Assembly (NCBI GenBank): GCA_029856045.1
Contig: JAHQWG010000039.1
Span: forward strand, 1-64,000
Reading direction: 5' to 3'
Length of the DNA: 64,000 nucleotides
From: Promethearchaeia archaeon
GTDB taxonomy: Archaea; Asgardarchaeota; Lokiarchaeia; Sigyniarchaeales; SOKP01
Under the pieces are notes generated by a model. It was not told where the DNA came from, did not search any database, and was given only the letters and a program-made list of their open reading frames with translations. Both the position numbers and the translations under genes were made by a program. Of the stretch, positions 9,908 to 20,486 are shown piece by piece (the first letter of the stretch is position 1; each line of letters starts with the position of its first letter).

Positions 9908-11284
9908 TTATTTATTTAATTGTAATATTTTCATTCGGTCAATTAATATTTTTATTGCATAAGCCGCCTCATGTGGTGTGAAGTATATGGTTGTTTTTTC
10001 TTTTTTTGCTAAATCTTTAAGATTTTGAAATCCTTCACTAAACATAATTAACGGGATTACCGGTTTCCCTCTTCCAGTATCATTCCACGCCCGAATTATT
10101 CCACGATAATGCTCATCAGATTTCATTTCTAGAAAGGGAGGTATTACAAGACATGAAACAGCTATATCTATTCCAGGGTCTTCGAGCATTGCTTTTGTGA
10201 TATTGTAATATTGTTCTTCTTCTGCTACTCCAATCATATCAAGTGGATTGACCATTTTTACTAATGATATTAATTGAGGTGCCATTTTTTCTTTAAGTTC
10301 TTTAGAGAATTCAGCAAGTTTTAAACCAAATTCTTCAGCCTTGTCGCTAAATAAAACAGAACTACCTCCACTATTAGTTAATACACCGATTTTTTCTCCT
10401 TTTGGAAGTGGCAAAAATGAGAATGTTTTAATTGCTGTAATATAATCAGAAACATTTTCACACATAACTGCTCCAGCTTGTTCTATAGCAGTTTTAAGCA
10501 TTTTATAATCTGTAGCCATAGAACCTGTATGACTGCTAGCAGCCTTCATTCCTGAAGTAGTTCTACCACCTTTTAGAGCAATTATTGGTTTTAATGGGAT
10601 GATGTTTTTCATTATTTCATAAAAGGCTTTACCATCAGTAATGGTTTCTAAATATATACAAATAATCTGAGTATTTTCATCTTCCTTGAAGAACTCGAGG
10701 ATCTCACCGAAAGATACATCAATATTATTTCCAATATTTGCAAACTTGGAACATCCCAAATCATGTTGTTCCATCTCATAAAAACATGCACATCCAAATG
10801 AACCAGATTGACTTACCATGCCAATATTGCCTTTAGGAGCTGATTGAATAAAGGAAGCATTAAGACCAATATCTATATTTTGTATTCCTACACAGTTGGG
10901 CCCCATAACTCTAATTCCAACTTCTTTACACTTTTTAGCTATTTCTGCTTCAATTTTCTTACCTTTTTCGTCTATCTCTCCAAATCCTGCAGACACAATA
11001 ATTATACGTTTAACTTTCTTCTCGATGCATTGATCCACGATTAATTCTACAATACTGGCAGGTACTAATATAATAGCAAGATCTATATCTTTTGGAACAT
11101 CTATAACGGAATTATAAGTTTTTAACCCGTGAATTTCTTGATTTCGAGGAGATATCAGAAATAATTCACTTTGGAGGTCTTTGTTTTCAAGAATGTTTAT
11201 TGTTACAGCATTTCCGAATTTTTTAGGATCGGCTGTTGCACCAATCACTGCAATTGTTTTTGGATAGAAAAAAAGTTTTGTCAT
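9908..11284 (-). CDS. acdA: acetate/acyl-CoA ligase (ADP-forming) alpha subunit
   Basis: AVIGAT, GPNCVG, SQSG, phospho-His motif ASSHTGS, TNSGG, NPLDM. Confidence 0.85.
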   Translation of the reverse strand: MTKLFFYPKTIAVIGATADPKKFGNAVTINILENKDLQSELFLISPRNQEIHGLKTYNSVIDVPKDIDLAIILVPASIVELIVDQCIEKKVKRIIIVSAGFGEIDEKGKKIEAEIAKKCKEVGIRVMGPNCVGIQNIDIGLNASFIQSAPKGNIGMVSQSGSFGCACFYEMEQHDLGCSKFANIGNNIDVSFGEILEFFKEDENTQIICIYLETITDGKAFYEIMKNIIPLKPIIALKGGRTTSGMKAASSHTGSMATDYKMLKTAIEQAGAVMCENVSDYITAIKTFSFLPLPKGEKIGVLTNSGGSSVLFSDKAEEFGLKLAEFSKELKEKMAPQLISLVKMVNPLDMIGVAEEEQYYNITKAMLEDPGIDIAVSCLVIPPFLEMKSDEHYRGIIRAWNDTGRGKPVIPLIMFSEGFQNLKDLAKKEKTTIYFTPHEAAYAIKILIDRMKILQLNK

Positions 11285-11288
11285 GTTC

Positions 11289-13193
11289 TTAATTTATCTC
11301 CTCATATATAGCGTCGTATTGGCATACACTAATGCATACTTTACATCCCCTGCAGATTTCTTGATTGATAATTGCTTTTTTCTCTTCTTTATTGAAAGAA
11401 AGTGCTGGACAACCAAATTGATTAACGCAGATAAGACATCCTTTGCATTTAGAGGGATCTACTTTTACAACGGGTATTTGAATCTGCTTTGATCGAAACT
11501 CTTTTTCTTCTAACAAGGAACAAAGATGTCTTGAGATGAAAACTCTTACACCTTGAGCTTTTAAAGCTTCTCGCAATTTCTCAACCATTTTATTTAAATT
11601 ATAAGAATCTTCTACCCATATATTTTCAGGTGGTACTCCACATCCACGAACAAGTTCTTCTATTACAACACGAGTTCCAGGTTCTTTTGTAATTTTTATT
11701 CCAGTCCCAGGGTTATCTTGAAATCCCGTCATACTTGTTGATCTATTATCTAATATTACAACTAATAAGTTATTTTGGTTATAAACAGCATTTATTAAAG
11801 CTGGAATTCCAGAATGGAAGAAAGTTGAATCACCTAGTATCGCTAGTATTGGATTTTCGGTTGAGTGAATCTTAGCAAATCCATTTGCCAGTCCAATGGA
11901 GCCACCCATACATATTTCAGTATCCACACATTCAAGAGGTTTATATACTGCCAGTGTATAACACCCAATGTCACTAGAGTTTATAAATTTTAATTTTAAT
12001 TCTTTCTCTAGTAATGTAATCGCATAAAAAGTAGAACGATGACTACAACCTGGGCACAACACAGGAAGTCGTGGAGGTAATGATATCTTAATATCAGGAA
12101 TAACGTTTTTTTTATATTCTATCCCAATGAAACTTGCCACTTTCTCCAAATATATTTCTCCTGAGAATTCTCCTTGTTGAGGGAAATAGTCTTTACCATG
12201 TATTTCAACTTCATTTACCAGTTTATTTTCATATGTAAGTTGTTTCAGAATGTTTTCTAGAATTGGTTCTAGTTCTTCAACCACTAATATTTTATCTACT
12301 GAAGAAAGTAATTTTCTAATGAGTTTTTTAGGTGGAGGATAGACCATGCCGAGTTTAAGGATGGAGACTTTATTCTCCAAGCCAAAATCGATGAGTGTGT
12401 CAATTAGTTGGGCATAAGGAATACCTGCAGCAATAAAACCGTAACGTATTCCATTGATTTTTTCTGAAGATAATTTAAGAGAATTGAAGGGAAATTCATC
12501 GGCAAGATTGGAGATCTTCTCAAACCGCTCGAGTAGTTTGGTGCGAAGTACACGCGAATGTGAAGGTAAACAAACCCAACGTGCGCGATCCCAATCAAAT
12601 CCATAAGGGCGATCAATATTTTGAATCTCTCCAAGTATAACATCACCTCGACCGTGATTCAAGCGAGTTGTTGTCCGGAATAGTACTATTGTATGATGCT
12701 CCTCGGAGAATTCAAATGCATATTTGATTAAATCCTTAGCCTCTTGAACAGTAGAGGGTTCAAATACAGGGATTAAAGCATGGAGCCCGAAATAACGATT
12801 ATCTTGCTCATTTTGGGATGAAAAACAGTTTGGATCATCAGCAGAAACCACTACCATTCCACCACGAGCACCTGCGTAACAGGCAGTCATAAATGCATCT
12901 GACGCAACATTTAATCCTACATGTTTCATTACAGCTACTGATCTTGCATTTGAAATAGACCCACCATACGCAACCTCAAACCCAACTTTTTCATTTATAC
13001 TCCACTCAATGTTTAAATGTGGATAATAAGGTTTCATCTTTGCAAGGGTGTCTAAGATTTCTGATGATGGAGTACCTGGATAACCCGCCCCAATTACAAC
13101 TCCAGCTTCAAGTATCCCTCGAGCAATAGCTTCATTACCAAGCATTATTACACGCTTACCAGGAATTTCTTCAGCAAAATAAGGAATACTCAT
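11289..13193 (-). CDS. iorA: indolepyruvate:ferredoxin oxidoreductase alpha subunit
   Basis: GNEAIARG, YPGTPSSEI, MKHVGLNVA, SSQNEQDNR, LCPGCSHR, DIGCY, GDSTFFHSG, C-terminal 2x[4Fe-4S]. Confidence 0.95.
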   Translation of the reverse strand: MSIPYFAEEIPGKRVIMLGNEAIARGILEAGVVIGAGYPGTPSSEILDTLAKMKPYYPHLNIEWSINEKVGFEVAYGGSISNARSVAVMKHVGLNVASDAFMTACYAGARGGMVVVSADDPNCFSSQNEQDNRYFGLHALIPVFEPSTVQEAKDLIKYAFEFSEEHHTIVLFRTTTRLNHGRGDVILGEIQNIDRPYGFDWDRARWVCLPSHSRVLRTKLLERFEKISNLADEFPFNSLKLSSEKINGIRYGFIAAGIPYAQLIDTLIDFGLENKVSILKLGMVYPPPKKLIRKLLSSVDKILVVEELEPILENILKQLTYENKLVNEVEIHGKDYFPQQGEFSGEIYLEKVASFIGIEYKKNVIPDIKISLPPRLPVLCPGCSHRSTFYAITLLEKELKLKFINSSDIGCYTLAVYKPLECVDTEICMGGSIGLANGFAKIHSTENPILAILGDSTFFHSGIPALINAVYNQNNLLVVILDNRSTSMTGFQDNPGTGIKITKEPGTRVVIEELVRGCGVPPENIWVEDSYNLNKMVEKLREALKAQGVRVFISRHLCSLLEEKEFRSKQIQIPVVKVDPSKCKGCLICVNQFGCPALSFNKEEKKAIINQEICRGCKVCISVCQYDAIYEEIN

Positions 13194-13846
13194 AATAAGT
13201 CCCTCCTAATAGATTTTCCTTTTTCAATACCCAATTGAAATGCAATTCGGTTTACTTCTTGAGACTTTTTGGGAATAAAACGTAAAATTGAATGTTTAAG
13301 TGAATCCTCCTTAATTGGTAATTTATCCGAACCCAAAATAATACCTAACATAACAATATTTAATGCCTTAGATGTCCCAGCTTTTAATGCCAATTTGTCT
13401 GCATCAAAGAAATATGTATTATAATGTAAATTTTTTAATTGTTGACATAGAATTTCGTTAGATGGATATTTAAAACCCATCTGGTTAACCATTGGAGGTA
13501 TAATGATTTTATTATTTACGAAGAAATATGTATTTGGTCCAGAAAAATTAAAGACTCGAAGTGCTTCGCTAATTTCGAATGCTAAAATAATATCAACTTG
13601 GCCTTTTGGAATCAACGGGCTGGCAACTTCAGGTCCAAACCTAATATAAGCGCTAACAGAACCACCACGTTGAGCCATTCCGTGTGTTTCAGCCGTTCGA
13701 ACTTGGTAACCATCCATTAAAGCTGCCCAAGCAAGAATTTGTGTGGTTCTAATGATACCTTGGCCACCTACACCAACATTAAGCACACTAAATCTTTTTT
13801 TCTCTATAGTCCAATTGTCTGGACCTTTATTTATTTGGATAACCAA
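13190..13846 (-). CDS. iorB: indolepyruvate:ferredoxin oxidoreductase beta subunit
   Basis: GVGGQG and ETHGMAQRGGSV; overlaps the iorA start by 4 nt. Confidence 0.95.
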   Translation of the reverse strand: MVIQINKGPDNWTIEKKRFSVLNVGVGGQGIIRTTQILAWAALMDGYQVRTAETHGMAQRGGSVSAYIRFGPEVASPLIPKGQVDIILAFEISEALRVFNFSGPNTYFFVNNKIIIPPMVNQMGFKYPSNEILCQQLKNLHYNTYFFDADKLALKAGTSKALNIVMLGIILGSDKLPIKEDSLKHSILRFIPKKSQEVNRIAFQLGIEKGKSIRRDLL

Positions 13847-14080
13847 TTCAATACACTTTTTTTTCTAATTTTTGAATAAGTAAATTTTTTTATTCTAAAC
13901 TCAAAAAATCAGGACCTCAAAATAATTTCCACTTAAAATATATTCATATATTCTTTATTTATAATATTACTAAAAGATATGTGGGATTAAAGTGGGTAAT
14001 TATTAGATTTTAACATGTTATGAAAAATAGAAAGCCTTTATTAAAACTTAAAAAATTTATTTTTCTTTTAAAAAAAGGTA

Positions 14081-15583
14081 TTATAATATTTCTTTTGTAT
14101 GTCCTGCAATTTTATCAATTTTAAAATAACGATATTTTATATTATTTTTAGGCAATGAACCAATTTTAGCTATTTTGTCAGTAATATAATCTGGAAAGAG
14201 GTATTTTGATAACTGAGAAAGTGTTTCTTTATTCTCAATACAATTCAGTAATTTCAGGCTTTCGCAAGAATAGAAAATCTCGGAAACTAAATCAAAATTG
14301 ATATCTTCTTCAAATTTTAAAAATGTTAAATTTCTATATATCTTTTGTATTATATTTTCTATAAAATTTGTATTTTCGAATATTTTTAATGAATTTCTCA
14401 TATAATGTATAAAAAGAGTATAATACGTTGCCTCTGAAGATATAGATCCATCAGGAAATTGTTTTACTCCTTCATTATTTATTCTTTCTTTTATAACTGC
14501 TAAGATTTTTTCGATATTTTTTAGCTCTAATTTTTCTGGCAATTCTAATAAAGAATAAATTTTTAAAATAACAGCAAGCTTACTGGTTTCCATTAATTTT
14601 AAATTATCAATACTGTAAAACTCCTCTTCTTCTTCTTTAATCAATTTCTGAACATAACTTGGCTCTATATGATCATATACAATTTCACATGCTTTTAAAA
14701 AATAATATACTTGATCAGTTTCTTCAATTAGTGGAGTATAAGTTTCTTCAATAATAGAATTATAAATATTATCTAAAAATTTTTCAATTATTTGTTTATC
14801 TAAGTCAATATTCAATTCATTTGCTAAGAAGATTCCACAATAGTAAATCTCTGGATTAGTTAAAGATACTATTGGTGTTGTAATTAACCATTTATCCATA
14901 TTATTTTTAATGAATGTTCTAATATTAGAGAAATCAAAATTGCTTTGAAGTTTGAAGAAATCAATAATACGATATATTAAATAATTTAATTGGAGTTTAA
15001 TTTCTAAATTATCAATATCTTCCAAATGTTCAATATCTTTCTTATTTCCACACAATTTTCCACATACATTATCCATTAAGCCTATATATTTTTGAAAATT
15101 CTCAAATTTATCAGATTTGTGTAAATCTTCCTTAAGCTTATTTAATTTAATAATTAAATCTAAAGGGAGCAAATTTAATTCTTTTAAATTTAGGATAATA
15201 GAACTATCAATAACACCCCCAATATAAAAAATGAAAAGTTCTAAAAAAATTTCATTTATAATAGGAATAATTTTAAACTTAAATACATCCATTGAAGTTC
15301 TAACATTTTCTTTGTAGTGTGCTTCAAGATATAATTCTTGAATTTTTCCACTGAGATATTGGGGATCAATCCCCAGTTTAATTAAATCATTATTTAAAAC
15401 ATTTAAAATGTCAGCAGAGAGATGTAAAATCTCAATTTCTTTTAAAATATTTTCAGACAATAAATTAGAAATTGATCTTTGTAAATAAGTATCAATACCG
15501 TCGAAAAATGCTTTAAATTGTTCAAGAAATGACAAATCTAAAATTCTAAATAAGCCTTGATAAAGCATTTTAATACAGAACAA
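14081..15583 (-). CDS. hypothetical all-helical protein (possible prenyltransferase-like alpha/alpha repeats in the C-half)
   Basis: 500-aa ORF; recurring E/Q-x-Y/F-Y helices (EIYYC, QVYYF, EATYY, EIFYS). Confidence 0.6.
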   Translation of the reverse strand: MFCIKMLYQGLFRILDLSFLEQFKAFFDGIDTYLQRSISNLLSENILKEIEILHLSADILNVLNNDLIKLGIDPQYLSGKIQELYLEAHYKENVRTSMDVFKFKIIPIINEIFLELFIFYIGGVIDSSIILNLKELNLLPLDLIIKLNKLKEDLHKSDKFENFQKYIGLMDNVCGKLCGNKKDIEHLEDIDNLEIKLQLNYLIYRIIDFFKLQSNFDFSNIRTFIKNNMDKWLITTPIVSLTNPEIYYCGIFLANELNIDLDKQIIEKFLDNIYNSIIEETYTPLIEETDQVYYFLKACEIVYDHIEPSYVQKLIKEEEEEFYSIDNLKLMETSKLAVILKIYSLLELPEKLELKNIEKILAVIKERINNEGVKQFPDGSISSEATYYTLFIHYMRNSLKIFENTNFIENIIQKIYRNLTFLKFEEDINFDLVSEIFYSCESLKLLNCIENKETLSQLSKYLFPDYITDKIAKIGSLPKNNIKYRYFKIDKIAGHTKEIL

Positions 15584-15766
15584 TAAACCCTTTTTAATAT
15601 ATCAAATAATCCAAAAATTAAATATTTTATCTTTTTTATCGAAAGAATTTACACATTATAGTTAGTTTAGTGAAACAAGTTAATAAGTTATTTTATGAAA
15701 TAAAAAAAGTTAAATTTGACAATTTATATTTACTTATCCAAATAATATGAATTATATTAAAAATAG

Positions 15767-16147
15767 ATGTTAAATTTGAAAGGAAAACATAAATTTTTTT
15801 TGTTACTTTTGCTATTCCAATTTTTTTTAATGGCAGTGGTTTTTTTTACCGTTAATAGTCTTATTACTTTTGTCAGTGCCCAAGCTGAAGCGAGCTCCTT
15901 TGATTATTATAATGCAGCAACTGCCTCGAGCTTAGCTTTCTCAGCAGCAATTTCCTTAGCAGCTTCTGTTTTAGGGAGTGCAATGGCTTTAAAAACCGTT
16001 GGTACCGCAGCAATTTCAGCTTTAGCTGAGCGAGAAGAAGTTTTTTTTAAATCTTTTTTAATTGTAGCTTTTTGTGAAGCGATAGCAATATACGGCCTAA
16101 TCATTGCAATATTATTGTGGACAAAAATACCTTCACCACCAGCCTGA
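15767..16147 (+). CDS. atpK: A/V-type ATPase proteolipid subunit K (c)
   Basis: Single hairpin with conserved Glu in AFCEAIAIYGLIIAILL; N-terminal signal-like extension. Confidence 0.9.
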   Translation: MLNLKGKHKFFLLLLLFQFFLMAVVFFTVNSLITFVSAQAEASSFDYYNAATASSLAFSAAISLAASVLGSAMALKTVGTAAISALAEREEVFFKSFLIVAFCEAIAIYGLIIAILLWTKIPSPPA

Positions 16148-16198
16148 AAAAATTCATTTTTTATATAAATTTTTAAAAGGTTTTAGAGAGGCGATAAA

Positions 16199-17254
16199 TT
16201 AACGAGCGTTATTGTACCTTCTTATGCTTACTCTTATATTAAAATGAGTCTTTTAAAACAACTAATTATTGATGATAAATCTTTGCAGAAATTAGAAGAA
16301 ATCAGTAATATTGAAGAATTTATTGAATTTATTAGTCCTTATTATCCTAATTTAAGCATCAAAGAATATACAATCGAAAAAATTGAGCAGGCTCTCTACC
16401 ATATTTATTTTAAGTTAGTTGGAAAAATTATGCAATATTCACCCCCAAATATGAGGAGTATTTTAAGAGATTATTTATTGAAATATGAAATAATGAATAT
16501 TAAGCAAATTATTCTAGGTTCAATTTTAGGTATGAGTATTGAAGAGAAAAAAAAAAATGTTAATTATTTAATTGAAGAATATTTAGAAAATGTAGATTTT
16601 ATTGAAGATTTGATTAAAATTTCATCCTTAGATGAGATTCAGTTATTTATGAAGCAAACTAGATATAATAAAGCTGTTAGAGAAGGTATTCTTTACTTTA
16701 AGAAAAATAATGAAATATTTGTCTTAGAAGCTTTCTTAGATCAATTATACTATAAAAATCTAATTAAAAAGAAACATACTTTCAATAAAAAAGAAAATGT
16801 AATGATTAATTTATTTGTGGATTATGTATCCGAGATATACAACTTAAATATAATATATCGGGGAATTAAAAATAAAATTGATAAAAAATTATTAGCCCAA
16901 TTTCTTTTAAATAATTATTTATTTTTAAACGCTTATAATATTAATTATTTATTATATCTTGATGATGTAAATGATTTTATTTCAGTAATTTATAATTATT
17001 TTAAAAAAAATAAGGAAATAAGTCCTTTTTTTAGGATATTCGGTCTTAATGAAAAGCATATTTTATTATCACTCGAAAAATTATTTCAAAAATATTATTT
17101 TAAAAAATTTCAAGTAAAGATTGATGATATTGATTTTTTAACAATATATAAAATCTTAGAATTGGTAATAAAAAAAGAAAATGAAATACGATTTATTATT
17201 ATACCAAAAGTAGTTAAAATCACTCACGAAAAATTTAGAAATTTAAAATCGTAA
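16199..17254 (+). CDS. atpC: A/V-type ATPase subunit C (V0 d-like); start uncertain (TTA 16199 or ATG 16244)
   Basis: Operon position; N-terminal PSYAYSYIK lies upstream of the first ATG; KYEIMNIK, EAFLDQLYY, EIYNLNIIYRG. Confidence 0.8.
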   Translation, partial: LTSVIVPSYAYSYIKMSLLKQLIIDDKSLQKLEEISNIEEFIEFISPYYPNLSIKEYTIEKIEQALYHIYFKLVGKIMQYSPPNMRSILRDYLLKYEIMNIKQIILGSILGMSIEEKKKNVNYLIEEYLENVDFIEDLIKISSLDEIQLFMKQTRYNKAVREGILYFKKNNEIFVLEAFLDQLYYKNLIKKKHTFNKKENVMINLFVDYVSEIYNLNIIYRGIKNKIDKKLLAQFLLNNYLFLNAYNINYLLYLDDVNDFISVIYNYFKKNKEISPFFRIFGLNEKHILLSLEKLFQKYYFKKFQVKIDDIDFLTIYKILELVIKKENEIRFIIIPKVVKITHEKFRNLKS

Positions 17255-17302
17255 ATAATATAATAGATAATTTCAAAAAGTAAAAGAAAAAGCTTTAGAA
17301 CG

Positions 17303-17620
17303 ATGGAGATATTTAAGTGGGTAAAGGATATTGAAAAAGTCCATGAGGATTTAATTGAAAATACTAAAAGAGAAAATTTCGCTGAAATTCAGAATTTAAA
17401 AAATCAACAAGAGAATCTTATAGAAAAAACTTCAATAGAAAATCAAAAATTTGTGAGTTTAGCTTTAAAAACTCTATCTGAAGAGGTTGACAATGAAATT
17501 AAAATAATAGGACAGAATTTAGATGTTGCTATTAAGAATCTTGAAATAAATTATCAAAAGAATCGTAAAAATTTAGAAAAATTAATCATTGAAAAATTGA
17601 GGTTTGATTTTAGTGTCTGA
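17303..17620 (+). CDS. A/V-type ATPase peripheral stalk subunit H (G-like)
   Basis: 105-aa charged coiled-coil protein within the ATPase operon. Confidence 0.55.
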   Translation: MEIFKWVKDIEKVHEDLIENTKRENFAEIQNLKNQQENLIEKTSIENQKFVSLALKTLSEEVDNEIKIIGQNLDVAIKNLEINYQKNRKNLEKLIIEKLRFDFSV

Positions 17621-17936
17621 TAATCAAAAAATTCATGTTATTGGAAATGAAGATATTGTATTAATGTTTAGTCTTTTGGGGATAGAAGGAACTGTTATTA
17701 AAAATAATGATAATTTTCTAGAAATATTTAATCTTTTGAAAAATAAATCAGAAATTGGAATGGTTATTATTGCAATGAATTTATCAACAGAAATTATCGA
17801 TTTTTTGATAGATTTCAAATTGGATAATAGAAAACCGCTCATATATTTACTGCCTGATGTATTTCAAGAAAATTTTGAAAAGAATGATGTATTTCTAAAT
17901 AAAATCTATGATTCTATAGGTGATATTATATTATAA
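17604..17936 (+). CDS. atpF: A/V-type ATPase subunit F
   Basis: KIHVIGNEDIVLMFSLLGI, IGMVII, PLIYLLPD; the start may be GTG 17613. Confidence 0.85.
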   Translation: MILVSDNQKIHVIGNEDIVLMFSLLGIEGTVIKNNDNFLEIFNLLKNKSEIGMVIIAMNLSTEIIDFLIDFKLDNRKPLIYLLPDVFQENFEKNDVFLNKIYDSIGDIIL

Positions 17937-18673
17937 AAAGAAGAGTTAAGAGTTCTGAATTAAAAGAATTAAAAGAAAGATTTGGCAAATTAGGATTATA
18001 TCTAATTGAACAATCTCGAGAAGAGATCAAAAAAATTAATGAAAAATTCTTGTTTCAAAAAGCAGATATTGAAAACAAATATAGAGAAAAAAATGTTGAA
18101 AATTCCCTTAAAATAAGAAATCAATATATCGAAGAGTATAATCAATATTTAAATAATTCATTATCTACGACTCTCTTGAAAATAAAAGAGAGATTTTTGA
18201 ATCTAAAAAATAGACTAGTTAAAGAATTAACGAATGACTTGTATCAATTAATAAAAGATAAGATAAATACAAATTATGATAATTATATAAAATTTTTACT
18301 AGAACTCATTAAAAAGAATACTTATAATTTAGATAAATATCAAGAAATAACTTTTTTTTTTAATTCTAAGGATTATAATTATTTTAGTAAAAATTTAGAT
18401 AAAATCCAAAACTTATTCAATAATTCAGTTGAAATTAAAAAAAATGACACTGAAATTATTGGAGGATTTAAGATTTTATTGATTGAAGGGAGACTAAATT
18501 ATGATTATTCAATTAGTAATTTAATTGATAAAAATTCAACATATATTGAAATGGAGTTTTCTAAAATTGTTTCTGATTCAGAGATTAAAGAAATAGAGCA
18601 TAAATTTGAGGATTTTATACGGAATCAGAAATTACGAATAACGGAGTATTTAAAAGAATATGACCGAATCTAA
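17933..18673 (+). CDS. atpE: A/V-type ATPase subunit E; probable non-canonical start (ATT 17930/ATA 17933), first canonical codon is TTG 18050
   Basis: Coiled-coil N-half; IIGGFKI...NYDYSI C-terminal signature; frame open from 17924. Confidence 0.75.
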   Translation: MKRRVKSSELKELKERFGKLGLYLIEQSREEIKKINEKFLFQKADIENKYREKNVENSLKIRNQYIEEYNQYLNNSLSTTLLKIKERFLNLKNRLVKELTNDLYQLIKDKINTNYDNYIKFLLELIKKNTYNLDKYQEITFFFNSKDYNYFSKNLDKIQNLFNNSVEIKKNDTEIIGGFKILLIEGRLNYDYSISNLIDKNSTYIEMEFSKIVSDSEIKEIEHKFEDFIRNQKLRITEYLKEYDRI

Positions 18674-20486
18674 TTATGGATATATATCTGCAATTAATGG
18701 TTCTTTAATTGAAATAAAAGGATTCGAAAGTCAAATAAGACTTCATGATTTAATTAAAATTTCTGAACAAAATATTTTAGGGGAAGTTATTCAAATATAT
18801 TCTAAATATGTAGTTGCTCAATGTTTCGAAAGTACAATAAATTTAAAATTAAAAGAAGAAGTTATTGACATTCATGAACCTTTATCTATGGAGTTAGGTC
18901 CGGGCTTATTAGCTAACATTTTTGATGGAATTCAAAGACCATTACAACAAGCTTTTAATAAATTCAAAGATGGAGGATTACCAAAAGGTCTAAAATTTTC
19001 ATCCTTATCAAGAACAAAAAAATGGCATTTTGTGCCATTAAAAAAAATAAATGATGTTGTAAATAGCGGAGACATAATTGGAACAGTACAAGAAACTCAC
19101 TTAATAGAACATAGAATAATGGTGCCTCCCAATGTTTCTGGAAAATTGTCTTTTATAGCTGAGGAGGGGAATTATACTATCATTGATGAGATATATAAAT
19201 TGAAAAAAAATGGTAAAGAGAAAAGTTATAGCATGCTTCAAAAATGGTCTATTACCAGAAGCAGACCTTATAAGAAGAGAATAAATCCTAATGAACCATT
19301 GATTACGGGGATACGTGTCATAGATTTATTGTTTCCTGTAGCAAAAGGAGGTTCTGTTGCTATTCCAGGTGGGTTTGGAACGGGCAAAACTGTCATCCAA
19401 CAGTCAATAGCTAAGTGGTGCAATGCTGATATAATTATTTTTGTAGGTTGTGGAGAAAGAGGGAATGAAATTGCCGATGTGTTGAAGCAATTTACTGAAT
19501 TAATAGATCCAAAAAGTGGACGACCTCTTCTAGAACGTATAATACTTTTTGCAAATACTTCAAACATGCCAGTTTCGGCACGAGAAGCCAGTATTTTTTC
19601 AGGAGTTACAATAGCAGAATATTATAGAGATATGGGATATGATGTTGCAGTTTTAGCCGATAGTACTTCTAGGTGGGCAGAATCTTTAAGAGAAATTTCG
19701 GGTTTATTGGAAGAAATGCCCGCAGAGGAGGGTTACCCTGCTTATTTACCGTCAAAGCTTTCCAGTTTTTATGAACGAGCAGGTGTTGTTAAAGCTTTAG
19801 GAAAAGATAATCTAGAAAATGAAATTACTGGTTCTTTAACAATAATTGGATCAGTATCACCTCCAGGTGGAGATTTTAGTGAACCAGTTACAGCAACTAC
19901 CAAACATTTTGTTCAAGCATTTTGGGCATTAGATGCTAGTTTAGCATATTCAAAACATTATCCGGCTATAAATTGGTTAAATTCATATTCTAATTATCCC
20001 GAATATATTTCAAATTGGTGGTACGAGAGAGATATTGATTGGTCAGAAGTGGATATTGATTGGTATGAATGTCGGAAAGAAATAAATGAAATTTTATCAA
20101 AGGAAAATGATTTAAAATATATTACACAATTAATAGGAGAAGAAAATTTACCAGAAGATCAACAGCTTGTTCTATTTATTGCAAAAACAATTCGAAATGG
20201 TTTTTTAATCCAGAATGCATTTGATAATATAGATAATTATACTGATGTAAGAAAATTATTGGGATTTATTAAAATAATTATTTTATTATACAAGGAGAGT
20301 AAAGAACTTTTAGATCAAGGTTTTATAATTGAAGATTGCAGAGCCATTAAAGAAATAAACGATATTTTAAGAATTGGTCAATCTATACCTAATAAAGACT
20401 TTAACCAAATTGAAAAATTGAAAGAGATATTACTAAATAGAATAGAATATATGAAATTAACACGTGGAGTTTCAAGCAAAAAATGA
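18660..20486 (+). CDS. atpA: A/V-type ATPase catalytic subunit A (copy 1, canonical motifs)
   Basis: P-loop [49 protein letters not shown]. Confidence 0.97.
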   Translation: MTESNYGYISAINGSLIEIKGFESQIRLHDLIKISEQNILGEVIQIYSKYVVAQCFESTINLKLKEEVIDIHEPLSMELGPGLLANIFDGIQRPLQQAFNKFKDGGLPKGLKFSSLSRTKKWHFVPLKKINDVVNSGDIIGTVQETHLIEHRIMVPPNVSGKLSFIAEEGNYTIIDEIYKLKKNGKEKSYSMLQKWSITRSRPYKKRINPNEPLITGIRVIDLLFPVAKGGSVAIPGGFGTGKTVIQQSIAKWCNADIIIFVGCGERGNEIADVLKQFTELIDPKSGRPLLERIILFANTSNMPVSAREASIFSGVTIAEYYRDMGYDVAVLADSTSRWAESLREISGLLEEMPAEEGYPAYLPSKLSSFYERAGVVKALGKDNLENEITGSLTIIGSVSPPGGDFSEPVTATTKHFVQAFWALDASLAYSKHYPAINWLNSYSNYPEYISNWWYERDIDWSEVDIDWYECRKEINEILSKENDLKYITQLIGEENLPEDQQLVLFIAKTIRNGFLIQNAFDNIDNYTDVRKLLGFIKIIILLYKESKELLDQGFIIEDCRAIKEINDILRIGQSIPNKDFNQIEKLKEILLNRIEYMKLTRGVSSKK

